Shown: in pieces, positions 27,178 to 41,027 of the stretch
Position numbering within the stretch: position 1 is the stretch's first letter
Layout of the letters: each line of letters opens with the position of its first letter
Position numbers and translations under genes: made by a program
Assembly (NCBI GenBank): GCA_964016885.1
Contig: OZ024753.1
Location: forward strand, 15,066,001-15,130,000
Direction of reading: 5' to 3'
Source: Eledone cirrhosa
Lineage: Eukaryota
DNA: 64,000 nucleotides
Notes under the pieces: generated by a model
What the model saw: the letters and a program-made list of their open reading frames with translations, nothing else
Databases searched by the model: none
What the model was told of the DNA's origin: nothing

Positions 27178-27229
27178 GAGATTCTACAGGACTAGAACTG
27201 TTTCATTCATTAGAAATCATCAGGAATCT
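27178..27229 (-). ncRNA. Hammerhead family H3 (minus copy)
   Basis: Reverse complement of the H3 motif, with stem I agattc/gaatct. Confidence 0.75.
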
Positions 27230-27331
27230 GGAGATTCCTGATGATTTCTAAGGACTAGAACTGTTTCATTCATTAGAAATCATCAGGAATCTGGAGATTC
27301 CTGATGAATCAGGAGATTCCTGATGAATCAG

Positions 27332-27384
27332 GAGATTCCTGATGATTTCTAATGAATGAAACAGTTCTAGTCCTGTAGAATCTC
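27332..27384 (+). ncRNA. Hammerhead family H3 (plus copy)
   Basis: gagattc CTGATGA tttc-taat-gaat GAA ACAG-ttctagtc-CTGT A gaatctc. Confidence 0.8.
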
Positions 27385-27813
27385 ATCTATCTATATATAT
27401 ATATATATATAAACTTCGTTGGCAGTGTTTTCCTCTACGTGTGATGAGATCAGAATGTATGAGCGAGAGAGAGTAAATCAAGCGACCTGGTCGTTTGGAA
27501 GGTAGCTGAGCGGAACTGATTTCCTCTCTTCCAAGATGGCTGACTACGCTACGTCAATGAATGAATAAATAAAAGCAAGAAAATCTATTATCTTGTCGTT
27601 GGTCATGTGACATGGAGTTGACAGGCTTTCGCCAGTTTCCGCAGCAGTCGTTAGTTGCCATGACACTTAACGTAACATGGTTGTGTAACTAATCTGTTGA
27701 TTAAAGCTGAAAAGAGGAAAAACGATTTTTTTTTCTTTTGCTTAGTTTACTTTCGTTTCGTTTTATTTTGTAATGTATCTGGCTTGATACATTTCAATTG
27801 GAAACTAATATGT

Positions 27814-27905
<92 letters not shown>

Positions 27906-27911
<6 letters not shown>

Positions 27912-28186
27912 AAAAGTCTGTCTTAAGCCAGAAGTGTCATTTGGCCGGTGCTTATCCCGGTTTCATGGCATGAAGCGACTGAGAGTACAAGACTCCCCTC
28001 TGGACAAGACGCCAGTCCATTGCAGGGTTAAATTTCCAGCTATTGCTGGTACTCATTTTCAGCTGAGTATACTGGAGCAACGTGAAATGAAGTGTTTTGC
28101 TCAAGAACACAACACGCAGCCCAGGAATCGAACCCACGACATTATGATCGTAAGTCCAACACTCTTACCACTAGGCCACGTGCCTC

Positions 28187-28189
<3 letters not shown>
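27906..28189 (-). mobile_element. tRNA/CORE-like SINE family B, full length
   Basis: Minus strand: gtggcctagtggtaagag (A box), gggttcgattcc (B box), gtgttcttgagcaaaacacttcatttc core, tail agacttttagactt. Confidence 0.85.
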
Positions 28190-28280
<91 letters not shown>

Positions 28281-28397
28281 ACACACGCACATATATATAT
28301 ATATATATTCCCTTTTCTCACCCCCCCTTTTTTTTCTAAATGTCTCTCCACTACTCCCCCACACACCCTCGGAACTCTCTTTCTACCCACTTTTCTC

Positions 28398-28424
28398 CTG
28401 AAGAAGGGCTTATGTCCGAAACGT
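28398..28424 (+). ncRNA. Minimal hammerhead core (stem I not evident)
   Basis: CTGAAGA a gggc-ttat-gtcc GAAAC GTC. Confidence 0.5.
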
Positions 28425-28517
28425 CATTCCCCACCCCCACCCTTCACTCTCAAGAGCGTGAAACTAATAAACCTTTGTTTGTACTGCCTCTCTGTTTTTG
28501 TTCCCGTTCCAGTTTTC

Positions 28518-28877
<360 letters not shown>

Positions 28878-28931
28878 CATATATATATAAATTCAAAATA
28901 TTAACAAAATAGATATTCTCGTGATCAATTA

Positions 28932-28999
28932 TATTTTATTATACATATTTCAGAGGTACTGAGTTAATGTTCCACAGTAGGTCCTCATCAGATAAAATA
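28932..28999 (-). ncRNA. Type I hammerhead, family H2
   Basis: Minus strand: tattttat CTGATGA ggacctactg...cagtacctct GAAA tatgta TA ataaaata. Confidence 0.75.
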
Positions 29000-29049
29000 A
29001 AATGATATATGACATACCCTGACATAGTAGATGGTTAAGATTCAGTCAT

Positions 29050-29091
<42 letters not shown>

Positions 29092-29247
29092 CATAGATAG
29101 GGTGTGGTAAAATACAAGGTGGAATATAACCACCAGAGTACTTGATACTTGGGGTAGTAGAGTGGGTAATATGAGTTCGGATTTAGCTGTTGAAAGGGCC
29201 GGAACTCAGTCGCCCGGTGTGCTGAATCTTTTCATATATATATATAT

Positions 29248-29451
29248 AACGAAGGAAATGTGGTAAGGAACCAGGTGGACCATAACGTACCAAAGTACTC
29301 AATACTTAGGGTAGTAGAGTGGGTAATAAGGACGAGTAGGACCCCGACGGCTGAGCTCAAGCCGTTTCGACAGCTAATTCTGGACTCAATTCTGGACAGA
29401 ATTAGCCGTCGAAACGGCTTGAGCTCAGCCGTCGGGGTCCTACTCGTCCTT
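29248..29451 (-). mobile_element. Family P hammerhead element with fold-back end
   Basis: About 50-bp near-perfect arms at 29328-29380 and 29397-29451. Confidence 0.8.
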
Positions 29452-29809
29452 ATATATATATATAACTAATTACAACAGTGACATAAACTGAGTTCAGGGC
29501 CCCAATTTCTTCAGCCTGTCCTGAGAAAAATAATTTAAAAAAAAATGGCCACCACAACCAACACCACCACCACTAACATCGTCCCGTAGGTGTATCGAAA
29601 TCACACCTTCACAATTGTGAGCCCAATATTATGATCAGTACGTCACGCACCTACACACGCCAACTATCTACACAGAGTTACTTGTAACATTAGTGAGTAG
29701 ACGTCACCATTCTCTGAACAACATAAACATATGGAAATGCTTTCTTCGGTAATTTCAATGCGACATTCTCGCAACAAACACGACTTTAGCTACAACACAT
29801 ACATACGCA

Positions 29810-29810
29810 C

Positions 29811-29855
<45 letters not shown>

Positions 29856-29856
29856 A

Positions 29857-29889
<33 letters not shown>

Positions 29890-29905
29890 CACAAATATAT
29901 AAATA

Positions 29906-29949
<44 letters not shown>

Positions 29950-29961
29950 AATATATAAATA

Positions 29962-29999
<38 letters not shown>

Positions 30000-30017
30000 A
30001 ATATATAAATATATATG

Positions 30018-30049
<32 letters not shown>

Positions 30050-30050
30050 A

Positions 30051-30088
<38 letters not shown>

Positions 30089-30119
30089 AAATATATATAT
30101 ATATATGTATATATATATG

Positions 30120-30151
<32 letters not shown>

Positions 30152-30180
30152 AATATATATATATATATATATACACATAA

Positions 30181-30217
<37 letters not shown>

Positions 30218-30222
30218 CACAC

Positions 30223-30267
<45 letters not shown>

Positions 30268-30340
30268 AATATATAAATATATATGTATGTGTATATATGT
30301 ATATATATATATATATACACAAATATATAAATATATATAT

Positions 30341-30376
<36 letters not shown>

Positions 30377-30424
30377 TATACATATATATGTATGTATGTA
30401 TGTACATATATATATATATATATA

Positions 30425-30464
<40 letters not shown>

Positions 30465-30695
30465 AATATATAAATATATATTTATATATATATATATAAA
30501 CACATAAATATATAAATATATATGTATGTATATATAAATATATAAATATATATGTATGTATATATAAATATATAAATATATATGTATGTATATATATATA
30601 TATATATACATATATATAAATATATACATATATATGTATACATAATATAAATATATACATATATATGTATATATATATATATTTATATACATATA
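29810..30695. repeat. Long TA-based compound microsatellite
   Basis: Repeating cacaaatatataaatatatatg(ta)n-type units. Confidence 0.9.
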
Positions 30696-30926
30696 TGTTT
30701 CTATACGATTGAAACGACTCTTATAACTTATAAACGTACATTATAACCGAGTGACATTTATACATCAAACAGCTTTTTGATCTGCTCCTCAAAGTGCTAT
30801 TGCCATACCTATTTTAAATACTACGACCACCTCCACCTCCAACACAACTACCACACTACCACCACCGCTATTATATATATATATATATATATATAATAAT
30901 ATATATATATATATAAATTGTATATA

Positions 30927-30964
<38 letters not shown>

Positions 30965-31240
30965 CACAGAACGGGATCAGCAACTGTCAGCTTCAATTTC
31001 ACTCATACAGCATTATTCAAGCCGAGGCTACAGTAGAAGACAGTTTTCAAAGGAACGGCAGACCTCAACCTGTATCCATGCAATTGAGAAACGACATCAA
31101 CCACGCCACCATGTCAGGGCCTATGTCGTTATATTCTCTCCATAATCCTTAATAACAATATCGGGTGCATTATCCATCATGTAAAACGATTAAAAGTTAC
31201 TACAATGTACATATCGCAGTGTATGGCAACTTGATTTTTC

Positions 31241-31282
<42 letters not shown>

Positions 31283-31721
31283 TAAAATAACAGATTAAAG
31301 TTTAAGCAAAGAATCGCTGCTTTCACCCTTAACGGGATCTTCTGAATCTTTGAATTTTAGTCTTCAAATTTATTATTATTACTATATATATATATATAGT
31401 AATAATGTGGATTACACAGTCGGGTAAGATCGATACGGATCGAACTTTGAGCTGATCAGTGGCGAAACGCGCGTCACCAACCAATAAATGTAATAAAGGA
31501 GTAATCAATCGTCCTTGTTATCTTTTCACTATAATACACTCTGTCTAGCTCTACACCTCGACACTGAAGTGAACCTAAACTTCGAGATACACTCCTTGGA
31601 TATATATATATATATATATATGTAAAGGTAAACAGAAATAAAAACACAATCGGTACGTCTGTTTGTATATGTATACATGTTTACATGTCTACATATAGAA
31701 ACGATTGACAAATAGCTAGAT

Positions 31722-31780
<59 letters not shown>

Positions 31781-31786
<6 letters not shown>

Positions 31787-32080
31787 TGTATTAAACAACA
31801 TAAGATAATTATTTCATTTACCGGTGGTTTCTTGAAGGCAGATATTATATGTTTTCAGTCGTCAGAATGAATAAATAACATGGTGTTTTTATTAAATATG
31901 GATTTGAAAACACCATGTTATTTATTCATTCTGACGACTGAAAACAGATGTTTCTGCCTTCAAGAAACCACCGTTAAATGAAATAATTATCTTATGTTGT
32001 TTATTACATAACTAAAAAGCTCTGTAGCCTACATAGAGCACTCTTTTTTCCTTTACATTTCCTACGGAAATACTTCATTC
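31781..32080 (+). mobile_element. Family H5 element: about 230-bp palindrome with two back-to-back hammerheads
   Basis: Plus HHR 31925-31982 (ttcatt CTGACGA ... GAAACcaccgtta aatgaa) and minus HHR 31813-31871 (GAAACCaccGGTA); TA-flanked. Confidence 0.8.
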
Positions 32081-32783
32081 ATATATATATATATATATTA
32101 TATATATAGAGAGAGAGAAGGGGGAGGAGAGCTGGATGGATGGATGGATGGATAATGTGAGAGAAAGAGAGAAACAGTCTGCGTCATGTGTGTGTGCGTT
32201 GTGTGTGTGGGGAGGGGGGGCATACAGTTATTGCCATTGGCGAAAAAGAGAAGCCTTTTATAACTTTCGGAAGACTTACAGCCTCAATTTCTTGTCTTAC
32301 ATTTCTCTTTCATGAATTCGAAATTAAATTTTTAGAACGTTTTTATGAGACCGTAACGTTTGTATGACAGGTAAATCAACAAAAACAAACAAAAATAGCT
32401 AAAAACAAAGCAAACCAATACTTATAGAGACTGGACAATCCTTAATGCAATTACCTACTTCCTACTCCATCATATTTATGGAGATTTTCATTTCTCTACG
32501 ACAAGATTGATCAACCTGACACCCTTTCTAGGTCTAAAGTTGTTGCTGGTGGCTTTTAATGCCAGCCTCATTTACTTCTCAGTTTACAATTTAAAGTTGT
32601 TGTTTAGTTTCCATGTCAGTCTGACCGACGTCATAGTTAACAACTTATCCCTGGATACAGTACTGGACTTATCTATAAGCGAAATAAACTTAGCTTAGGG
32701 TCAAACACCCTCGGGGACCTCATTTTTTAAAATATATTTTTAGTCTATCATTAGTTTGGATAATTTTACACTAAATCATCAAA

Positions 32784-32838
<55 letters not shown>

Positions 32839-32843
<5 letters not shown>

Positions 32844-33097
32844 TGTAATAAACAGCATAAGATAATTAATTCATTTACCAGTGGTTTCTTGGAGACATAT
32901 ATTTATATCTGTCTTCAGTCGTCAGAAAGAATAACATGTTATTCTTTCTGACGACTGAAGACAGATATAAATATCTGTCTTCAAGAAACCACTGGTAAAT
33001 GAATTAATTATCTTATGTTGTTTATTACCTAACTTCAAAGCTCTGTAGCCTACATAGAGCACTCTCTTTTCCTTTACCTTTCCTACGGAAATACTTC

Positions 33098-33100
<3 letters not shown>
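32839..33100 (+). mobile_element. Family H5 element copy 2: loopless palindrome with two hammerheads
   Basis: Centre aacatgtt at 32933-32940; plus HHR CTGACGA c tgaagacagatat-aa-atatctgtcttca a GAAACCactGGTA aatgaa. Confidence 0.8.
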
Positions 33101-33130
<30 letters not shown>

Positions 33131-33131
<1 letters not shown>

Positions 33132-33443
33132 TCAGATGGTAGATGGGTGCTACACGAGAATGCTGAGGATGGCTCTGAACATTAATCAGTATACACTGAG
33201 GATGAAGAACTCAGAGCTGTACGGGAACCTCCCAAAAGTCAGCTCGAAAGTAACACAGAGAAAACTGAGGTTAGCTGGACATGCTCACCGACATTCAGAG
33301 TTGACACTGCACTCAGTGCTCCTGTGGGAGCCCCAACACGGACACACTAGAAGAGGGAGACGCTGGACGTGGCGGCAATGATGAAGAACAGAGACCGCTG
33401 GAGAGAACTCATTTATGGATCTCAGGAATTTTACCCGCCCTAG
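33131..33443 (+). mobile_element. RTE-like LINE 3' fragment between TA tracts
   Basis: VDGCYTRMLRMALNI...LYGNLPKVS...RKLRLAGHAHRH...LLWEPQHGHTRRGR. Confidence 0.8.
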
Positions 33444-33559
33444 ATATATATATATATGGCAAGCATCGGGATCCTGACTCTTTCATATTACCATACTCTA
33501 CTGCTCTAAGTATCGAATACTCTGGTGATTAATGTTCTAAACAGGTTTTTACTGCATCC

Positions 33560-33607
<48 letters not shown>

Positions 33608-33662
33608 ATGTGTGTGTGTGTTATTTATCAGTAACATTATATAAAAAATGATAATCTTGTAT

Positions 33663-33840
33663 TGGTGAATTGGCAGTATCAGTAGAGGGTCGGACGCCAT
33701 AGAGTTACGGCCCTTTCCATTCAGAGTTCAAATCCCGCCGAGGTTAACTTTGCCTTTCATTCTTACGGGGTCGATAAAATAAAGTACCAGTAATACACTG
33801 GAATAATTGCTGGCCTTGTGCCAAAAGTAGAAACTGTTAT
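33663..33840 (+). mobile_element. SINE family A
   Basis: A/B boxes, core and tail present. Confidence 0.85.
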
Positions 33841-34025
33841 TTAAGATTTATTTACTCGATTAGTTTTACCACCCAGAACAAATCTTCAAGTGAAACCTAG
33901 ACTGATGCCATCTTTGATAACGAACGACAAACGACAACAGAAATATCTACGATTTTGTTTTACTGAATAAGCATTGAATTTACAAAGAATGCGTTTTAGA
34001 ATTAGGATATTCGGCTCAAGATCAA

Positions 34026-34746
34026 AAGGTTGTCAGTTCGGTTCCAGGTAGCGCATTGAGTCCTTAAGGTTGTCAGTTTGGTTCCAGATAGCGCATTGGG
34101 TCCTTAAGATTGTCAGTTCGGTTCCAGGTAGCGCATTGAGTCCTTAAGGTTGTCAGTTCGGTTCCAGGTAGCGCATTGAGTCCTTAAGATTGTCAGTTTG
34201 GTTCCAGGTAGCGCATTGAGTTCTTAAGGTTGTCAGTTCGGTTCCAGGTAGCGCATTGAGTTCTTAAGGTTGTCAGTTTGGTTCCAGGTAGCGCATTGAG
34301 TCCTTAAGATTGTCAGTTCGGTTCCAGGTAGCGCATTGAGTCCTTAAGGTTGTCAGTTTGGTTCCAGATAGCGCATTGAGTCCTTAAGGTTGTCAGTTCG
34401 GTTCCAGATAGCGCATTGAGTCCTTAAGGTTGTCAGTTTGGTTCCAGGTAGCGCATTGAGTCCTTAAGATTGTCAGTTCGGTTCCAGGTAGCGCATTGAG
34501 TCCTTAAGGTTGTCAGTTTGGTTCCAGGTAGCGCATTGAGTCCTTAAGTGTTGTCAGTTTGGTTCCAGGTAGCGCATTGAGTCCTTAAGATTGTCAGTTC
34601 GGTTCCAGGTAACGCATTGAGTCCTTAAGGTTGTCAGTTTGGTTCCAGGTAGCGCATTGAGTCCTTAAGTGTTGTCAGTTTGGTTCCAGGTAGCGCATTG
34701 AGTCCTTAAGATTGTCAGTTCGGTTCCTGCACATTGAGTCCTTAAG
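34026..34746. repeat. 40-bp minisatellite, about 18 units, probably SINE-B-derived
   Basis: Unit aaggttgtcagttcggttccaggtagcgcattgagtcctt. Confidence 0.95.
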
Positions 34747-35280
34747 CACGAATTTCATTTATCGGTGTTCTAGTACATTCAGTTGCAAAAAAGAAAAAAG
34801 AAAAATGATTTGTATATGTTATTTAAAAGACCGGGTTTGCCACACATTGTGCCAAGGTGAATACTTCGGTAAGAGTGCACGGGAGATTCGAGTGCTCGGC
34901 CACTTCGACGTTAGTTTCAGGAACAAGATGTTCCATCGTTTATGTAACGCGAAGACTCGTCTTTGGAACCGACGGAGGTCCAACACACCGATTGTAAATA
35001 TAAACAGAATAAAATAACAGAAGATGTTTTGTGATTTTCTGTTTGAAGATCCAAATAACTGTAAAGTTGAAAGAAGTCATGTATTTAACTATGACATTCT
35101 AAACAAATGTAGCATATATTTAATGTTTTATTTTCATTATTTTCACATCAAAATAACAATAAATGTAGGAGAGACTTTATAATCTGTATTGGTTCTATTA
35201 GATTCTAAAGAGGAGTAAACATTAACAGAGATAGTATGGATTTTATACTGTTTTTGAAACAAAATGACCGCAAATAGTCA

Positions 35281-35327
<47 letters not shown>

Positions 35328-35582
35328 GGTCAGACATACACTGATATGCTTGCCCTCATATATGTACGTACGCACACATTTTTTCACTATACACATGCAT
35401 TTGTACATACACACATATGTTCATTTGTGAGTGAATATACACACATTTATACACATAACCTAACTATATTTCTTTATTTTATTTTTATATATCTCTTGCA
35501 TTACTTTTGTTCATATATTGTTTTGCCCGTTAAACTTTTGCCTTTTTTGAGGAGATTTTTCAAATATTTCACTATGTTTTAA

Positions 35583-35658
35583 ATTGCCTTGTCTGACGAA
35601 CGAATGAGGACGTTTCTTGTATTCGTCTTATTCGGGAAACCTCTGGTAATGAGGTAAT
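35583..35658 (+). ncRNA. Type I hammerhead ribozyme
   Basis: attgccttgt CTGACGA a cgaatgaggacg...cgtcttattcg g GAAACC tct GGTA atgaggtaat; 10-bp stem I including wobbles. Confidence 0.8.
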
Positions 35659-35825
35659 TATATTGTCTTGTTTATTATCCATTATATATATATATATATA
35701 TATATATGCCGGTCCTGGCATTGATAAATATGCTGGGTTCCTCAACTCCTTATTATATATATGTCGATAAAATAAAGTACCAGTAATGCACTGGGTATTG
35801 CTGGCCTTGTGCCAAAAGTAGAAAC

Positions 35826-35887
<62 letters not shown>

Positions 35888-36028
35888 TCACACCCACATA
35901 TATATATATATATATATGTATATCTATATATATACATGTATATACATATATACACATGTAAATAAATATATATATACATATGTATACGTATATACATATA
36001 TGTGTGTGTCTGTATATTATGTATATAT

Positions 36029-36070
<42 letters not shown>

Positions 36071-36428
36071 TGTGCAATGCAATAACAAATATGTGTATAA
36101 GTCGATTGATATAACTTTACGTATAATTACGTCCAGCATAGACATGACCTGCTTAGGGCTAAATATACAGATATCAATGAAGACACTTTTATTGAAAAAA
36201 CACAGACAAACTGCCATTAAAAGCAACAACCAGAACAGCAACATCCCCCTGTTCGTTTGTTTCGAGTGTCATACAATAAATTACACAGATGAATATTTAA
36301 AAATGATATCGATCCGACAGGATACTGTTTCAGGTCAGCCAAAGAAAATGGCGCTTATAGACATTGTTTCCCGCTGAGATAAAGAATCAGAAATCAGATG
36401 AATTTCTGAAGAAACATTTCTGTTGCAT

Positions 36429-36486
<58 letters not shown>

Positions 36487-36521
36487 TGTATGTGTGTGTG
36501 GGTGTGGGTGTGTGTGTGTGT

Positions 36522-36560
<39 letters not shown>

Positions 36561-36958
36561 TGGGTGTGTGTGTGTATATACATGTGTGTATGTATATATA
36601 TATAATATATATATATATGAATATATATATTCATGTATATATATATATGTATATATATATTTACATATATAATATATATATATGAATATATATATATTCA
36701 TGTATATATATATATATGTATATATATATTTACATATATAATATATATATATGAATATATATATATTCATGTATATATATATGTATGTATATATATATAT
36801 TTACATATATATATATTTACATATATATAATATATATGCACACACACACATACTCACGTGTGTGCGTGCGTGTCCGTATGTATGGGTGTATCTTTGCATT
36901 AGTGTTTCACGTGTAATGTATTCTCTATGAATGATCGGGAGTGACAGAAAGGGAGAGA

Positions 36959-37039
<81 letters not shown>

Positions 37040-37230
37040 ATCAATGAGGAATGTATCCAAGAATAAAAAGAGACACCTTTGTGATAATAATTCAAAGGAA
37101 TGCGCATCAAGCTGACAGCCATTGAAATGTTAATGAAAGGCCATAGAATATAATAATCTTGAGCGTTTCTCTCATCGTTAGTGACCAAACAAGTGGTTAG
37201 ATACATATATATATATGGATATAGATATAG

Positions 37231-37293
<63 letters not shown>

Positions 37294-37319
37294 TGTGTGT
37301 GTGTGTGGTGTGTACATAT

Positions 37320-37443
37320 GATGGCTGCAACTCGATTTCGAGTAATGCCTGTGCTTGAATCTTTTTAAAGTGAGGAACGGCTTTGCACGGAGCCAATTAC
37401 ACTCTCTGAACATCGAATGCATTTGTCCACAAAGAAGAACTGG

Positions 37444-37487
<44 letters not shown>

Positions 37488-37565
37488 GCATATATACACA
37501 CACACACACACACATATATACTCTCTGAACATCGAATGCATTTGTCCACAAAGAAGAACTGGTTA
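37320..37565. repeat. Unclassified dispersed repeat with a local duplication of about 121 bp
   Basis: gcctgtgcttgaatcttttaaagtgaggaacggctttgcacgg recurs at about 43260 and 62100. Confidence 0.55.
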
Positions 37566-37785
37566 TATATATATATATATATATATACATATACACACAC
37601 ACACACATATATACATACACACACACACACACATACACGCATGTATATATATATATATATATATTAAAGAGTTAAACAAGATTCAATGAGTACATCAAAG
37701 AATGAGTTTTACAGTAGATTGGAAGCACTCTACTGGACTAAAACTTTCAAGAGTTATTAATATTAAATTACAAATATTAATAAAA

Positions 37786-37838
37786 TTTTATTATACATAT
37801 TTCAGATGTACAACAGTACGTCCTCATCAGATAAAATA
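37786..37838 (-). ncRNA. Hammerhead family H2 with shortened stem II
   Basis: Minus strand: ttttat CTGATGA ggacgtac-tgtt-gtacatct GAAA tatgta TA ataaaa. Confidence 0.65.
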
Positions 37839-37886
37839 AAATGATACATGACATACCCTCAGATGTTAAATGGTTAAGATTTAATC

Positions 37887-38004
<118 letters not shown>

Positions 38005-38171
38005 TATGTACATATATATTTATAAATATAGCTTTTATAAAGAAGAAAAGAAGAAATCACTTTTACAGCACTAGAACTGTTTCATTCGTATGAAATCATC
38101 CGGAATGTATCTGATGATTTCATACGAGTGCAACAGTCCTAGTGCTGAACGTGACCTTATTATGTAAGAAA

Positions 38172-38244
38172 GAGTCTGATGAGATCATGACACTAGGTAC
38201 GCGGGATCGCGTGGCCACGGTCGTAATTGAAATATGTATCACAC
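38172..38244 (+). ncRNA. Type I hammerhead-like motif
   Basis: gt CTGATGA gatcatgac...tacgcg-ggat-cgcgtg...gtcgtaatt GAAA tatgta TC ac. Confidence 0.6.
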
Positions 38245-38294
38245 CCTTATCAATAAAGGACTTTAACATCTGAAACTTCTTAGCATCATCTTAT

Positions 38295-38326
<32 letters not shown>

Positions 38327-38681
38327 ATCTATATATATATATATATATATATAAATTTTGAACGTGGTAAAAATGACATAAATGGGACGAACTAACAAAA
38401 CCATCTAATTGCCTCATCGGTCAACTTGCCGCAATGACACTACCTCGATAAAGGTTTGATTACATCACATTGAGCCCAGAGTGCACGATGACTTGGACAA
38501 ACCACCGGAAAGAGGTATGTGAGAAAATAGAACAACACAGAGACAGAGCCACACTATCGGACTAATTTCATCTAGTATACAAGTGTAAGTAGATGAATAA
38601 ATAAGAAGACGAAGTCTAACGACTGGAAATAGAACAAGATATGGTAGAGACAAATGGTGCAAATGGTGTCAGAGGAAACAG

Positions 38682-38737
<56 letters not shown>

Positions 38738-39009
38738 AGGAGGTTCACTTGAAGCATTGTGTAATGAGGTATAAACGTTTGAATATGTATAATAAAGCCA
38801 AAACAATGCCTGACATTTAAATAAATCTAAGGTAAAAGACGAATTGTCAACAATATCTTTTGCAATTGCATTCTTTTTTTCTATGTCCATACCTGCATTG
38901 TTTTGGCTTTATTATACATATTCAAACGTTTATATATATATATATATTAGAAAGTGAGGTTTTTTTACAAAATGAAAAAAATAACCGAGGGGTCCTACAC
39001 GAGTGAACG

Positions 39010-39310
39010 TATAAGGAAAAAAGATGAAATCGAAAATGCAACTGGAGTCTTTTTAAGAATATTTATTTGGTTCCTTTACCGGTTTTACAGTTCTTATGCT
39101 TTTCAAAAGTAGAATTGAGATGGAGGGTTGGTGGTGCCAGTTGCATTTTCGATGTCATCTTTTTTCTCACAGATGTGACAAAAACCACAAACCCTCCATC
39201 TCAATCCTACTTTTGAAAAGCAGAAGAACTTCGAAACCGGTAAAGGAACCAAATAAATATATATTTAAAAAAAAAAAGACTCCAGTTGCATTTTTGATTT
39301 CATCTTTTTT

Positions 39311-39316
<6 letters not shown>
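39010..39316 (+). mobile_element. Fold-back island with a UUGAAAA-core hammerhead-like motif (39210-39245)
   Basis: About 125-bp inverted arms; ctt TTGAAAA gcagaagaacttc GAAAC cg GTA aag. Confidence 0.55.
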
Positions 39317-39355
<39 letters not shown>

Positions 39356-39606
39356 AATATATATATAGAGACTTTCTTCATAAAATGTAAGTGTAGAAGA
39401 GAAAGGAGCAGAGAACCGTGCCTGGACAGTGAAAGTAACAATAAGTGGGGCCGGAAACTGGGGCCAGTAATTGAGCAAGATGAGGGGAGAGAACAGGGAG
39501 AGATGAACTAGATGAAAGAGAGAGATAGTGAGAAAGTGTGAGAGAAAGGGTTGCGGCACTGGTCAGTTAGTTAATCAAACGAGCACATAGCCGTGCAGTA
39601 GTCTTT

Positions 39607-39952
39607 GGATTGGCAGTATCGGTAGAGGGTCGGACGCCATGCTTTGTAGCAAAGAGTTACGGCCCTTTATGGTCTGAGTTCAAATCCCGCCGAGGTTAAC
39701 TTTGCCTTTCATCCTTACGGGGTCGATAAAATAAAGTACCAGTAATGTACTGGGTAATTGTTGGCCTTGTGCCAAAAGTAGAAACGATTATCATTGGTAG
39801 AAGATCAATTGCGATGCTTTCCAGCATAGTTATGTCCCTTTACGGCCTGAGTCGAATGTCGTTGAGGTTAACTTTGCATTTCATCCTTACGGGGTCGATA
39901 AAATAAAGTACCAGTAATTTACTGGCCTTGGGCCAAACGTAGAAACAATTAT
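39607..39952 (+). mobile_element. Two tandem SINE family A copies
   Basis: Full copy 39607-39790 and a diverged copy 39795-39952. Confidence 0.85.
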
Positions 39953-40026
39953 TAGTAAAGTTGTACACATAAAAGAAGCAAAGACGTGAAACGAAGAAAA
40001 GGTGGAGCTATCAAAGACTGGTCATA

Positions 40027-40215
40027 TAATTATTTCTACTGTTGGCACAAGGCCAGCAATTATTCCAGTGCATTACTGGTACTTTATTTCATCGACCCCG
40101 TAAGGATGAAAGGCAAAGTTGACCTCGGCGGGATTTGAACTCAGAATGGCAAGGGCCGTAACTCTATGCGTCAAAAAATGGCGTCCGACCCTCTACCGAT
40201 ACTGCCAATCTACTG
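40027..40215 (-). mobile_element. SINE family A, full length
   Basis: Reverse complement of the family A consensus. Confidence 0.9.
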
Positions 40216-40262
40216 CCTTGGTCTAATAATGTATAAAAACCAATGAAAGTTTTACATACACA

Positions 40263-40560
40263 CATACACATACATATATACATAGTCAAAAAGTCTAAAG
40301 TCTGTCTTAAGCCAGAAGTGTCATTTGGCCGGAGCTTATCCCGGTTTCATGGCGTGAAGCGACTGAGAATACAAGACTTCTCCCTGGACAGGACGCCAGT
40401 CCATCGCAGGGTTAAAACTCCAGCTATAGCTGGTATTCATTTTCAGCTGAGTATACTGGAGCAACGTGAAATGAAGTGTTTTGCTCAAGAACACAACACT
40501 CAACCCAGGAATAGAACCTGTGGCATTATGACACCCTTACCACTAGGCCACCTGCCTCCA
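40263..40560 (-). mobile_element. SINE family B
   Basis: Homologous to 27906-28189, including the agactttagactttttgact tail. Confidence 0.85.
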
Positions 40561-40799
40561 ATGTATACATAGGCATACACACATATACACATACAGGCAT
40601 ACACATAACACACATACATAGGCACATATATACAGACACATACATACAGACACATACACACATTTACACGCACATATATACACACACATACACATATATA
40701 TACACACACATGCTCACACACACACATATATATACATATATATAGAGAGAGAGAAGGGGTGGGGTCGGAGAGAAAGAAAGTGGAGTGAAACAGAGATAA

Positions 40800-40982
40800 A
40801 ACGTGTGTGTGTATGAATGTGTGTGTGTGTGTGGGTGCAAATAAAGTGTATTTGTGTGTGTGCGTGTATATATATATGTGTATATGTGTGTATATATGTG
40901 TGTGTATGTATGTGTATATATATATATATGTGTGTGTGTTGTGTGTATGTATGTATGTATGTATGTATGTATGTGTGTATGT

Positions 40983-41027
<45 letters not shown>

